The notes under the pieces were generated by a model, which saw only the letters and a list, made by a program, of their open reading frames with translations, searched no databases and was not told where the DNA came from. Below, piece after piece: positions 9,155 through 18,761 of a stretch of 64,000 nt of DNA; the first letter of the stretch is position 1, and every line of letters starts with the position of its first letter. A program made the translations under genes and the position numbers. The stretch comes from Perkinsela sp. CCAP 1560/9 (taxonomy: Eukaryota; Protista; Euglenozoa: Kinetoplastea): contig CBFFSA010000001.1 of assembly GCA_965644495.1 (NCBI GenBank), positions 4,030,001-4,094,000 on the forward strand. The letters are read 5' to 3'.

Positions 9155-12067
9155 ATGCACAGTTTTCCTACACTACCCTTAACTACTGCTTCGATTGTTT
9201 TTTTCAACAGATGCGAAAACCTTTCACGTCGCATTTTCCCTATTCTTCTCTTCAAGCTTCACGCTTCCGAAGATACTGCCACTTTCTCTACCCCAGTACA
9301 ACAAGAAACTCACAACAAAGTTCCTCGCGCTTCTTCTGCTTCTGCTTCCTCCCCGCTTCATTCCTCACAACCTCTGCTGCGCTCTAAAGCTCGTGAGATT
9401 CATCTAACCCCAGGGAAGCACTTTCTTGAGCAGAAAAAAGCTTTTGATTCGCTCGAACACAAACTTCGAGACGTGTGGACGAGTGAGTTAACGGGTCTGT
9501 TTGACATCGATGCGCCCAATTCCGAAGTCAAAGATGATGTTTCGGTGTCGATTTTAGAAGCAAAAAGAGCTCCTGCTCAAGCGTTTTGGTGCGCCGTCCG
9601 CTCTGATTTAGAAATGTTTCATAGTATGCGCGAAGTGGATACGTTCTTCTCGTATATTACCTGCTACTTTGAAAATTGTCTAAGGTTAAGGAACCAACTA
9701 ACTCCTATAAAAACTATAGACGTACCCGATACCACAGTTGGGCAGAATGGTTGTGAGGTCAAAGAAGATCTTTCTTCGTCAACATCCCAAGTACAAGGTG
9801 AAAAGAATTCCAATCCGATATGTCCTTCGGCCTTTTATGATTTACTACCTCCGCAAAGCTTATGGCTCGAGTTGATTGATGTTTCATTGTTTTCGGATAT
9901 TGAGATGCAATCGTTGGGATACGTAGTTCCCGTGTCTTCTCGTGTGCCTTTCGCTAATGGAGATTTCACTTTGCGACTGGTTTCGTATTGGAATAATTTT
10001 TATATGGACATTTGGCGGCACAGGAATGCATCGAAGACCGTTGACAAACGCACAAATTCAAGCGAGATTTCCAAGCTTAAAAAAGAGATTCAAACTTCGC
10101 ATTGCAAAGAATCAAAACAAGAATTTCCTCTTCCTAATGCAACAAAAAATTCTTCTATGCATCCTATTCGAGAATCTGATTTAAAGTCTGTTTTCAGCAA
10201 AGCAGTAGTCGTCTTAGCAAAGCTTTTCCAACCCGGTGCAGCTCGTAACCTTCTATTAGGAAATCCACAAGAAAAATCATTTTTTTCTGTTTCATTCTTC
10301 CCACAGTTCTCTCCGGATGTGCAGCACGAACTCTTATTCGTGTTTGCTCTCGGGTTTCTTAAATCAGGCCACCGACCTTTGTTAAAGCGGCTGGAAGCTC
10401 TTTCACTTTTTACGGATTTGATTCACTGTCTACCCAATGGGATGAAGTCTTTTCTCACTCCCTCCAGTTCTTCGGACGATACACTTCTAGCAGCCGAATC
10501 TGCTCGAGTCATTCTCCTTTGTTATGCAATAAAACAAATGGCAGAAATATTGCCCCCAACGCCGAGCGTAAAATTAGCTTTTTCAAATCTCGTTGAACAC
10601 ATTCACGACACGCTCTATGTTCCTCTTAATAACATTCTTCGTCAAATCGATTCCAACTGGTTTGATACTCATTTCCCTCGAGGCGGAATTCCAACCAATC
10701 GTTCGGACTTTGAATCTTTCTGTCACGTCCCAAGTTCCAAACTTTCAAACCGCAAGGAAACAGACAAAGCACCGGAATCCGACACTGAAACTAACGAAAA
10801 CGCTGTGTCTTCCAGCTCTTCTTCTCTAAAGGACACCATTCTCCACGATCTCTCTATTTTCATGTTACAACTTTACGCCCATCAGCGGCATGAAGTCACC
10901 ACGACCTTCTTTCACACCCTCTCCGAGTCCCTGGGTGAGCTGTTGCCTCGTCACTGTCACGCTCTCATTCGTTTCTACCTTCTAGAGCATAACTTAGTGG
11001 CAGCTGTCGAAACCTTACGTGCCCTGGCCACCAAATACGGAAGATTGGGTTCTTCTTCGTCTTCTCCCATATCCGATCTCGATAAAATCGCCTTTCAGAT
11101 CGCCCATGACGAAGTGATTTGCGCGCTTACCTCACCTCGAGCTAAAATAGAGGGCAAAACGTTGGATCCAACCGATTCGAACAATGCAAACCTCTCGGCT
11201 TTAAAGGTAAAACAAAAGGAGGAGAAAAATACCATTTCATTTGGTTCTTCGGGGGTTATCTCATCAAAAGAAGAAGCTGAAAAGACTTTTGTGGACGCCA
11301 AATCCTTTTTTTCGAAAAAGGGGAATGAAAGCGATAGTCTTAAAATTTCACCCCCCGGAGTTCTGCCTTCTGCTCCCTACGGGGATGGTTGCGATGCTGC
11401 ACCCCCGGAGGAGGTCGCGACGGGGTACCAGATATTTTTACTTCACCGCTCGTTTGGGTATCGCCCCTCTCGGGCCGCATTGGAGAGCTTAACTTCAGCG
11501 TTAAGTGTTCGGGGGGATGGGGCTGTGTTTCCGGCCGTCGATGTGGCGCTCTCCGGGGCTACGTTTCTGGAAACCCCCACGATGGCAGCTTTTTCTGTTA
11601 TGACGAAGCATAACGCGGAGCGAAGCAACGACTTGGAGGTGGAAAAGAAACCCAGCGAGCAAGAAAATGACGTGGAAGACGAATTGGGAATTAAAAAGGG
11701 TGCGGATTCGCTTAAATCCGTTTTTGATCTCCCGGATGATGACCATACGGCGGATTCTGAGGTTTTGGGCTCGTCTTCTCGAAGTGTTTTGTCTCTTTCT
11801 GTGATTGAACACTTGTTCGCGACGTGCTACTACCAGAATGACCGTTCTCGGGCCCGGCAGTTGTTTCGTTCGCTCTCGAGTGCGAATCCCGGAGTTGCGT
11901 TTCACCTTTCGGCTCAAACGCAGGAAATGTTACGGCGTCTGGAGGTTGCAGATTTTTGTCCAACTCATTTGTTTCATCCAGATGCTCGGGAAAAGGCTGA
12001 GGATAGAAATCTGTGTCATTTACCTCCGTTGAAATCGGAGAAAGGTTCATGTGAAGGCACGGCGTGA
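9155..12067 (+). CDS. Large hypothetical protein (970 aa), possibly degenerate PPR/helical-repeat
   Basis: Uninterrupted 2.9 kb ORF; helical segments such as HALIRFYLLEHNLVAAVETLRAL and EHLFATCYYQNDRSRARQLFRSL; product uncertain. Confidence 0.75.
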   Translation: MHSFPTLPLTTASIVFFNRCENLSRRIFPILLFKLHASEDTATFSTPVQQETHNKVPRASSASASSPLHSSQPLLRSKAREIHLTPGKHFLEQKKAFDSLEHKLRDVWTSELTGLFDIDAPNSEVKDDVSVSILEAKRAPAQAFWCAVRSDLEMFHSMREVDTFFSYITCYFENCLRLRNQLTPIKTIDVPDTTVGQNGCEVKEDLSSSTSQVQGEKNSNPICPSAFYDLLPPQSLWLELIDVSLFSDIEMQSLGYVVPVSSRVPFANGDFTLRLVSYWNNFYMDIWRHRNASKTVDKRTNSSEISKLKKEIQTSHCKESKQEFPLPNATKNSSMHPIRESDLKSVFSKAVVVLAKLFQPGAARNLLLGNPQEKSFFSVSFFPQFSPDVQHELLFVFALGFLKSGHRPLLKRLEALSLFTDLIHCLPNGMKSFLTPSSSSDDTLLAAESARVILLCYAIKQMAEILPPTPSVKLAFSNLVEHIHDTLYVPLNNILRQIDSNWFDTHFPRGGIPTNRSDFESFCHVPSSKLSNRKETDKAPESDTETNENAVSSSSSSLKDTILHDLSIFMLQLYAHQRHEVTTTFFHTLSESLGELLPRHCHALIRFYLLEHNLVAAVETLRALATKYGRLGSSSSSPISDLDKIAFQIAHDEVICALTSPRAKIEGKTLDPTDSNNANLSALKVKQKEEKNTISFGSSGVISSKEEAEKTFVDAKSFFSKKGNESDSLKISPPGVLPSAPYGDGCDAAPPEEVATGYQIFLLHRSFGYRPSRAALESLTSALSVRGDGAVFPAVDVALSGATFLETPTMAAFSVMTKHNAERSNDLEVEKKPSEQENDVEDELGIKKGADSLKSVFDLPDDDHTADSEVLGSSSRSVLSLSVIEHLFATCYYQNDRSRARQLFRSLSSANPGVAFHLSAQTQEMLRRLEVADFCPTHLFHPDAREKAEDRNLCHLPPLKSEKGSCEGTA

Positions 12068-12363
12068 GGGCTTCAAAGGCATGGGAATTCAATTTTTTCA
12101 AGTGATTCATCGATTGCGTAAACAGGCTGATAACGGAATCTTCGTTTGAGAACTTTAAATTTATCATGGTATAAATATGGTTTCTCTCACAATTTCAAAA
12201 AACACTTTAAAAACACTCACTGCTTCTAGAATTTAGAATGAAGCTTAGAATCACATGATCGATCAACCTGCATCATTACATCATCTCTTTACGACCACGC
12301 ACAACTTTTGTGTTTGTGATTCACATTTACTTTTCACAACATTACAAACACGTTTTTCTTTTT

Positions 12364-12942
12364 ATGGACGTTCCTCAAGCCCACAAAGTACGCGGTGTCT
12401 CTCTACCACAGGAATTTATGCTCATACGATTAATGGAGAATATTATCAATCCACTCCCCTCCTGGAACCCTGATACCCCAGCGTATGCATGGGAAGGGGT
12501 CAGTTGTGAGGATGAGACCATCCATTCGTTTATCTGTGAGAGCAGAAATATCACAGGCACGCTGCGCTGGGAAGAGTTGCCTCGTTCTCTGATCCATTTC
12601 AGTGTCTATCGTAACAAACTCACTGGGGAGGTTGATCTCAGTCGTCTACCCCCGGGGCTAAAATCATTGAATGGCTCCTACAATGATTTTACGGGGGGCG
12701 TGGATTTGTGTCATCTCCCCGACACACTTGTGGAATTGTTATTTTCTGGAAATTTGTTGAGCGGTCATACGGACTTTGCACACCTCCCTCCTAATCTTCG
12801 AGCCATGTCTTTCCGAAATAATGTTAAAATGAGCGGTGTTTTACGGTTCACGGAACTCCCGCCGAGGCTCACCTATCGGCCCATACAAGGGACAGCGATT
12901 ACAGACATTAACGACTGGGGTGGAGTTGAAGGCAATGAATGA
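12364..12942 (+). CDS. Leucine-rich-repeat protein (SLPQE family)
   Basis: KVRGVSLPQEF, AYAWEGVSC cap, NKLTGEVDLSRLP, NDFTGGVDLCHLP; closest to 3642-4253; first in-frame ATG at 12364. Confidence 0.87.
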   Translation: MDVPQAHKVRGVSLPQEFMLIRLMENIINPLPSWNPDTPAYAWEGVSCEDETIHSFICESRNITGTLRWEELPRSLIHFSVYRNKLTGEVDLSRLPPGLKSLNGSYNDFTGGVDLCHLPDTLVELLFSGNLLSGHTDFAHLPPNLRAMSFRNNVKMSGVLRFTELPPRLTYRPIQGTAITDINDWGGVEGNE

Positions 12943-13236
12943 AAACGAAATGAAACCAAGTGCTGAGTAAATAACAAAAACTAGATACTAAACAGATCGC
13001 TCTTCTTTCTGAACGTTAAGTTGAAAAGCGTGATTTTCTTTGCGGTTTTTTTCGTTATTTTGGACTAAAAGGGGTAAAACCGTTCCAATTCTAGGTCGGT
13101 AAGCTCCCAACAAGGTCTGTTCATTATCATTTTACTCTCTTTGCAGGCTCTTTGCATCTTACATATTTAAAATGATGTGACAACGGTAGACTCTCCCTCA
13201 ATACAGATGATACAACTATTTATGTTTGATTTTTCA

Positions 13237-13373
13237 CGCGGGCCTGAGCCATACGCGGCATTGTTGGTGGGAAACAATTTGCGAAACCCGAGGGGGTGGT
13301 ATGGCGAGGGCCCGCGTGAGCGGGCCTGAGCCATACGCGGCGTTGTTAGAGGGAAACAATCTGCGAAGCCCGA
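13237..13373. repeat. Direct repeat, two copies of about 55 bp with period about 83 bp, upstream of the Merlin fragment
   Basis: GCGGGCCTGAGCCATACGCGGCRTTGTTRGWGGGAAACAATYTGCGAARCCCGA occurs twice. Confidence 0.8.
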
Positions 13374-13631
13374 TGTACACGCACTAAAGCATCCGCTTTT
13401 TGCCTGATAAAAACAAATTTCTGGAAGACAAAAGTGTGGGCGGAGGGAAAAATAACCTGAGCGTGAAGAAAATTCTCTGAAAAAAGCGTCGAAAAGCGGA
13501 AGAATATCAGGAAAATATTTGGTGAAAGTCAAGCATTATTTCACGAAAAAAGCATAATATTCACATTTGATCATATTTTACTTGCAAAGTCTTTTTTAGG
13601 GTATTTTTCGCATATATCTGCACTACTCTCG

Positions 13632-13904
13632 ATGGATTGCTCGTTTTGCTCCGATTTCGAGCGTACAGATAGTATTAGCTATAGTGTGCTCGCCCGCGCC
13701 CCCGAAAATGATATTATCGAGTGGTTGAAAGGCCACAAATTTGTTTTCCAGAGCGTTACCTGTAGCAAGAGGCATGAAACTTTCATTTGCGCCCTGAAAG
13801 GAGATCACTGGGTCTGCACCGATCGTTTGTGTCGGAGTCGTACATGCCACATGCAGCCACTCCTAACTTCCTTCGGTGATGCTTTATTATTTCTAAAAGT
13901 GTGA
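13632..13904 (+). pseudogene. Probable Merlin/IS1595 transposase N-terminal Zn-ribbon fragment
   Basis: IIEWLKGHKFVFQSVTCSKRH...DHWVCTDRLCR resembles the WL...C..C/H...W.C....C N-terminus of Merlin transposases; no catalytic domain follows. Confidence 0.5.
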
Positions 13905-14129
13905 AATAATGCTTGACTTTGACCAAATATTTTTTTGTCATTTTTTCCGTCCAGTTGAATTTTTTTCAATTTCTTTTTTCTTAAAAAATCCGAACTTGGC
14001 GGATTCTTCAATCCTTACGTCTTTAATATTATCTCCTCCTTTAGCTTTTTCTCCGAATCTCTCGATTAGTTTCCCTGCTTTCTTGTTCTTCTCCCATGCC
14101 TTTCCTATTTTCCCACCGCAACCCAAATT

Positions 14130-17100
14130 ATGCAGCTTGAACCTTTTGCCTCCGCGCTCCTAGTCAGTGAGGAGGGGTTCTACTGTGTTCTGCGTGTCCC
14201 ACTCGACCCCTCCCGGGTGACCATCTCTACTCCTTTTGCTCTTCCCCAGACACTCCCCTCGCTGCACTACACTGCCACCTCCCCGAATTTGCCTTTTACA
14301 GAGTCCAGCAAAACGCAAAAAGGACCGACATGGACGTTAGAACTCATTACAGCAGCTCCACCGCGTTTTTCTCCTGATTACCATCAAGATGTGGATACAA
14401 ATAAACAAACTGCAAATCTCACTAACCCATCGAAAGTAAACACGGAAGTAAACGCTGAATTTGGTCAAGATGTATTGTTATCCAACAAGAGGCACCAACA
14501 CAACAAAATAAAGACGACTCACTCCAAGGAGGTGGGAGCAGGACTCTCTTCTACTTCTTCTTCCTCCTCCTCCTCTCTTTCTTCGAAATATGCTGAAAAA
14601 GACGAAAAAGAGCATCTCTCCTCCAGCCATCTTTCCTCCTCTCTTTCTTCAAAACGTGCTGAAAAAGAAGAAAAAGACCATCTCTCCTCCAGCCATCTTT
14701 CCTCCTCTCTTTCTTCAAAACGTGCCGAAAAAGACGAAAAAGACCATCTCTCCTCCACTCTTTCCTCCTCCTCTCCTTCTTCAAAACGTGCTGAAAAAGA
14801 CGAAAAAGACCATCGCTCCTCCACCCTTTCCTCTTCTCCTTCTTCAAAACGTGCCGAAAAAGACGAAAAAGACCATCCCTCCTCCCCCCTTTTTTCCTCC
14901 TCTCTTTCTTCGAATACTGAAGAAAAACACGAAAAAGGGGATCCCTCCTCCACCTTTTCTTCCCCCCCTTCCCCCTCCTCCCCCCCTTCCCCCCTCCCCC
15001 CCTTCCCCCCCCTCGGCGACGTCCACTCCCGCAACGACTTCCTCACCGGACACCTCTCCCTTGCGAACGGCCCCCGGCACGTGCAGCTCAAGGCCACCCC
15101 GCGCCGGGTCCCCTCCAGCCCCCGACCCCTCGAGACCGACCTGGTCGCCACGCTGCAGCGGCTGATGAACGACCCCGGGGTGAACCCGCGGAGGGGGGCG
15201 CTGCCGCTGGGGGTGCTGGGGGGACGCGCGCGGCAGGACAACGGTCCGGCCTATGTGGCTGTGCTGTGTGGGGGGGGGAAGGGGGAGGGGGAGGGGGAGG
15301 GGGGGAAGGAAAAGGGGGGGAAGGAAAAGGGCGTCATGGGGGAAGGGGGAGGGGAGGGGAAGGGGAAGAAAGGGGAAAGGGGGGAAAACGGGGAAAGGGG
15401 GGAAAACGGGGAAAGGGGGGAAAAGGGGGAAAACGGGGAGGAGAGGAAGGTTGTGAAAAGAGGGGAAGGAGGGAGGGTGGAGGAAAAGGAGGGGGGGGAA
15501 GGGATACGGGAGGGAGGAACATGTGTGGGGTTGTGCGATGATGAGATGGGCTCGGAGGGAACGTTTGATGAAATGGCCTCGCTTTCGGCGCTTGCTTCTT
15601 TGCTTCGTTCCCATGATGATATTTTTACGGTTTTTACGCTTTCAAGGAAAGAGATTGCGGCGCGTGGGCTGCGTGGGGCGGACAGCACAGGGCTGCGTGT
15701 TGCTCTCAAAACAGGTGCGAAGCAAGGACAGAGTCTGGAGCTGGATTTAATGCCGGTAGGCGTGCGAGAAAAGCTGCTAGGTCGTCTCACGGATGTCCTA
15801 CGCGGCCGTACGCATACGATCCATGAACTTCACCGCGTGGTGTGTTCGATTCAGCACCGTTCCCAGCGTAAATATTTAAGTCCCATGTTCTCGATGGTGA
15901 TGAAAGTGTTGCAACGGTATAAAAAACAATATTGGTGGAGTACCGACCCGACAACCCCGATGCGAGTTGGATTGTTAAGTGGGAGAATGAAGAGCTTCTC
16001 TGGGGAGAGCGAAAAAACGGGAATGGGTTCGGAAAGGACGGCACGGACCGGGGAGGTACGGGGAAGGAGCACCGCACAAAGGCAGGACAGAGAGAGACAG
16101 GTAGGAGGACCGAGAAACGAGAAGGAAAGGGTAGAAGATGGTGTCACACAAGAGCAGATTTCTTCAACGAGACAACGCTCTTTTTCGGGTTTTCCTTCAC
16201 GCGGACATTTCGTTTCGTCATCGGATGATCGGGAGAAACGGAACACCTCTCTGCACCCTTGGATGAGTTCATGGGAGTTAAGCGCAGTAGACAAATGCAC
16301 ATCCAGGAAACATAGACGAGGCACCGGAAGAAAGAGCATGGCACCCACTCCGCCTAGGGTTTTCGGTGACGTTTTGCAAAAAGATTCCTCCGTCACCAGC
16401 ACCCTCCCATCTCCCGGGACCACTCTTTTTACCGCGCAGCCCTTCAACGATCAGTTTTCATCCCCCTCTTCCTCTCCGAATCTACCCTCCACCCCTCCAG
16501 GCGTGACTCCAGTCTCTCATTTACCTTTACTCCCCAAGACACGGCCCACAACCTCGGAAACCTCTCCCTCTCTTCTACCCCACGATAGTGGGCTACTTCC
16601 CACAGAGAATTCACTAAATTCTCAAAAAGACTTACAAGGCAACAACAGTTCCTGGGGTTCCATGACGGCTTTAAATCCCCCTTTTTCTTCTCTGGTCTCC
16701 GATGCCCCAATCTGTGATTCTACTCCACATGAGAATCACTCGTTTGCGTCACAACAACCTGAGTTGTGGCTTTCCAGAGCTTCTGCTCTGGAATCTCAGA
16801 ATCAAACCAAGAATTCACAAGAATCCCTTTTTTCCGGTTCTACCGAAAAGAACGACCACCCGAGTTTGTTTCAAAACTGGGGGAATTGGTCCTCTTCGTT
16901 CCTACCCTCTCATGAGGCAATTTCTCGGGAAAATGAGAGTGAGTTGCGCCTCCCACGGGAGAGTGAGATGCAACGTTTGGGGGGAAAGGTCACAATGCAC
17001 GCAAACCATGGCGTGTGGGCAGAGAATAACTCTTCCTCTGCTTCGTCCTCTTCTTCTACAATGATTGAAAGTTTGTTGGGTCGTCTTGAAACGCTGTTGC

Positions 17101-17183
17101 ACAACCAGCGCCCTCAAGAGCGAGATGGTGCAGAGGTTGTGGATGGCTCCAATCCAGAAGAGGAGTATGAAACTACATCCTAG
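14130..17183 (+). CDS. Large low-complexity hypothetical protein (1017 aa)
   Basis: Uninterrupted 3 kb ORF preceded by a long pyrimidine tract; Ser/Pro-rich then Gly/Glu-rich segments around small globular parts. Confidence 0.75.
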   Translation: MQLEPFASALLVSEEGFYCVLRVPLDPSRVTISTPFALPQTLPSLHYTATSPNLPFTESSKTQKGPTWTLELITAAPPRFSPDYHQDVDTNKQTANLTNPSKVNTEVNAEFGQDVLLSNKRHQHNKIKTTHSKEVGAGLSSTSSSSSSSLSSKYAEKDEKEHLSSSHLSSSLSSKRAEKEEKDHLSSSHLSSSLSSKRAEKDEKDHLSSTLSSSSPSSKRAEKDEKDHRSSTLSSSPSSKRAEKDEKDHPSSPLFSSSLSSNTEEKHEKGDPSSTFSSPPSPSSPPSPLPPFPPLGDVHSRNDFLTGHLSLANGPRHVQLKATPRRVPSSPRPLETDLVATLQRLMNDPGVNPRRGALPLGVLGGRARQDNGPAYVAVLCGGGKGEGEGEGGKEKGGKEKGVMGEGGGEGKGKKGERGENGERGENGERGEKGENGEERKVVKRGEGGRVEEKEGGEGIREGGTCVGLCDDEMGSEGTFDEMASLSALASLLRSHDDIFTVFTLSRKEIAARGLRGADSTGLRVALKTGAKQGQSLELDLMPVGVREKLLGRLTDVLRGRTHTIHELHRVVCSIQHRSQRKYLSPMFSMVMKVLQRYKKQYWWSTDPTTPMRVGLLSGRMKSFSGESEKTGMGSERTARTGEVRGRSTAQRQDRERQVGGPRNEKERVEDGVTQEQISSTRQRSFSGFPSRGHFVSSSDDREKRNTSLHPWMSSWELSAVDKCTSRKHRRGTGRKSMAPTPPRVFGDVLQKDSSVTSTLPSPGTTLFTAQPFNDQFSSPSSSPNLPSTPPGVTPVSHLPLLPKTRPTTSETSPSLLPHDSGLLPTENSLNSQKDLQGNNSSWGSMTALNPPFSSLVSDAPICDSTPHENHSFASQQPELWLSRASALESQNQTKNSQESLFSGSTEKNDHPSLFQNWGNWSSSFLPSHEAISRENESELRLPRESEMQRLGGKVTMHANHGVWAENNSSSASSSSSTMIESLLGRLETLLHNQRPQERDGAEVVDGSNPEEEYETTS
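14578..14960 (+). repeat. Coding tandem repeat, about 6 units of 57-63 bp (SSKRAEKDEKDHLSSS...)
   Basis: TCTTCAAAACGTGCYGAAAAAGACGAAAAAGACCATC repeated in frame. Confidence 0.85.
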
Positions 17184-17647
17184 TTTAGGTAGCGAGCTAC
17201 TCTTTTACGTTTGCATTTGTACATGCATTTATATAGAACATGAGATCCCCAAAAAATTGTAAAGAACTTGAGATCCCCATGATAAGAAAAACTCTTTTAC
17301 GCTGCATGTTGCGGAGCGTGTTCGTTCCTCTTTTTAAATGCACCCCTTTAAAAAATACAATGGCTAAAAAATGATGTTGTGCACATAGAAAATCATTTCA
17401 AGTTCTTCATCTTTAAACGTTTTTGAGTCCCTCATTTTTTCTTGCCGTAGTGCGAATTGAAAGCAAGTTGGCAAAAGAATAAAGGGTATTAAAAAGTCTC
17501 ATAAAATACGTGTATTATCTGATTTATTAGAATAATATATTTCGCGGATTTTTGCTTACATTACATGAACAACGGGTCCTGAAACTACCCGTACATAAAG
17601 TAACAAATTGCAAGTAACATTTTTTCAGATACGAACTCTATTCCTTT

Positions 17648-18316
17648 ATGTTGAGGTTAAACGTTTTAACCAGCGAATCCCTGTCGATTCGTAAATCTCG
17701 CTTAGGAAGAGTCGGTCTAAATTCTCAACCTGACGAAATTATGCTATTGATGTTCATACAAGAAATTGAAACTCATCATCGCAGTTGGAAATCTTCCTGT
17801 TCACCATGTAAATGGAGTGGGGTTGTCTGTAATCCCGAAGGGAATGTGCGCTCCATATATTGGAATAACCACAATTTACGAGGATGCAATTTACGTTGGA
17901 GACACCTTCCTCAACAATTGGCATATCTAGACTTGTCGTCTAACAAACTAAGCGGTCCTGTATCACTCGATGAATTCCCACGGGACATGCAGACAATAAG
18001 CTTATGCGACAATAAATTTACAGGGAACTTAAAGTTTTCTGAGTGCCCTCCAATGTTAAGATCGCTGTATTTGCACGACAACAAGTTTCAAGGCATTGTA
18101 AATCTTCAAGACCTATCCGAGCGCGTACGTTGCATTAGCCTCTCAGGGAATTCAGGTCTTTACGGATGGTATGATTCAAAAAGGTTACCCGAGGATCTCA
18201 ATGTCTTTTTGCTAGACGGCACATATATATTTGAAAAGCCTTCATCTTGGCAATATTTAACTTTAGTCTGTGCAATGGGTGCACTTGCTGGAGTCACTAC
18301 ACTATTACGTTTATGA
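17648..18316 (+). CDS. LRR protein with hydrophobic C-terminal tail, tandem copy A
   Basis: PCKWSGVVC cap, LAYLDLSSNKLSG-type repeats, tail LTLVCAMGALAGVTTLLRL; TTTTTTCAG acceptor about 20 nt upstream. Confidence 0.9.
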   Translation: MLRLNVLTSESLSIRKSRLGRVGLNSQPDEIMLLMFIQEIETHHRSWKSSCSPCKWSGVVCNPEGNVRSIYWNNHNLRGCNLRWRHLPQQLAYLDLSSNKLSGPVSLDEFPRDMQTISLCDNKFTGNLKFSECPPMLRSLYLHDNKFQGIVNLQDLSERVRCISLSGNSGLYGWYDSKRLPEDLNVFLLDGTYIFEKPSSWQYLTLVCAMGALAGVTTLLRL

Positions 18317-18761
18317 CTCCATTCGTAATCGGCCACTGTACCCTCCCAGTAAGAGATATTTGGGGTACGTCTCTACTTCGTTGAATATTCAACGAACGGG
18401 ATTTTAATTTTTTTTCGAGCGAGCGTTCGATTTTTTTAACATTTTAAATTGTCTCAACGGAGCAACAAAGGTAGCGCGTGGTACTAGAAACTCTTTTTCG
18501 GCAAGTCGATCTCATGTAGATTTTTGTTGTTGTTGTTTAACCCGTTTGGAGATTCCTGTGAACGAATGTGAAACGCACGGATGAAACATGGTGTTAGATA
18601 CGTCGTGTATTATTAGAAAATATAAACGGGGGACCGGGAAAACATACCTGTAACACGATAACATACCGGGGGGTATGTTATCGTGAACAGGGGTGGATAA
18701 CATACCCCCCCTCTGGATTTTGGAGTTGGGGGGACAATTTTTCTTAATTGAGACTTTTTTA

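Noticed and set aside
14519-15790. Several antisense and alternate-frame ORFs
   Set aside because: By-products of purine/pyrimidine tracts within the 14130-17183 CDS.
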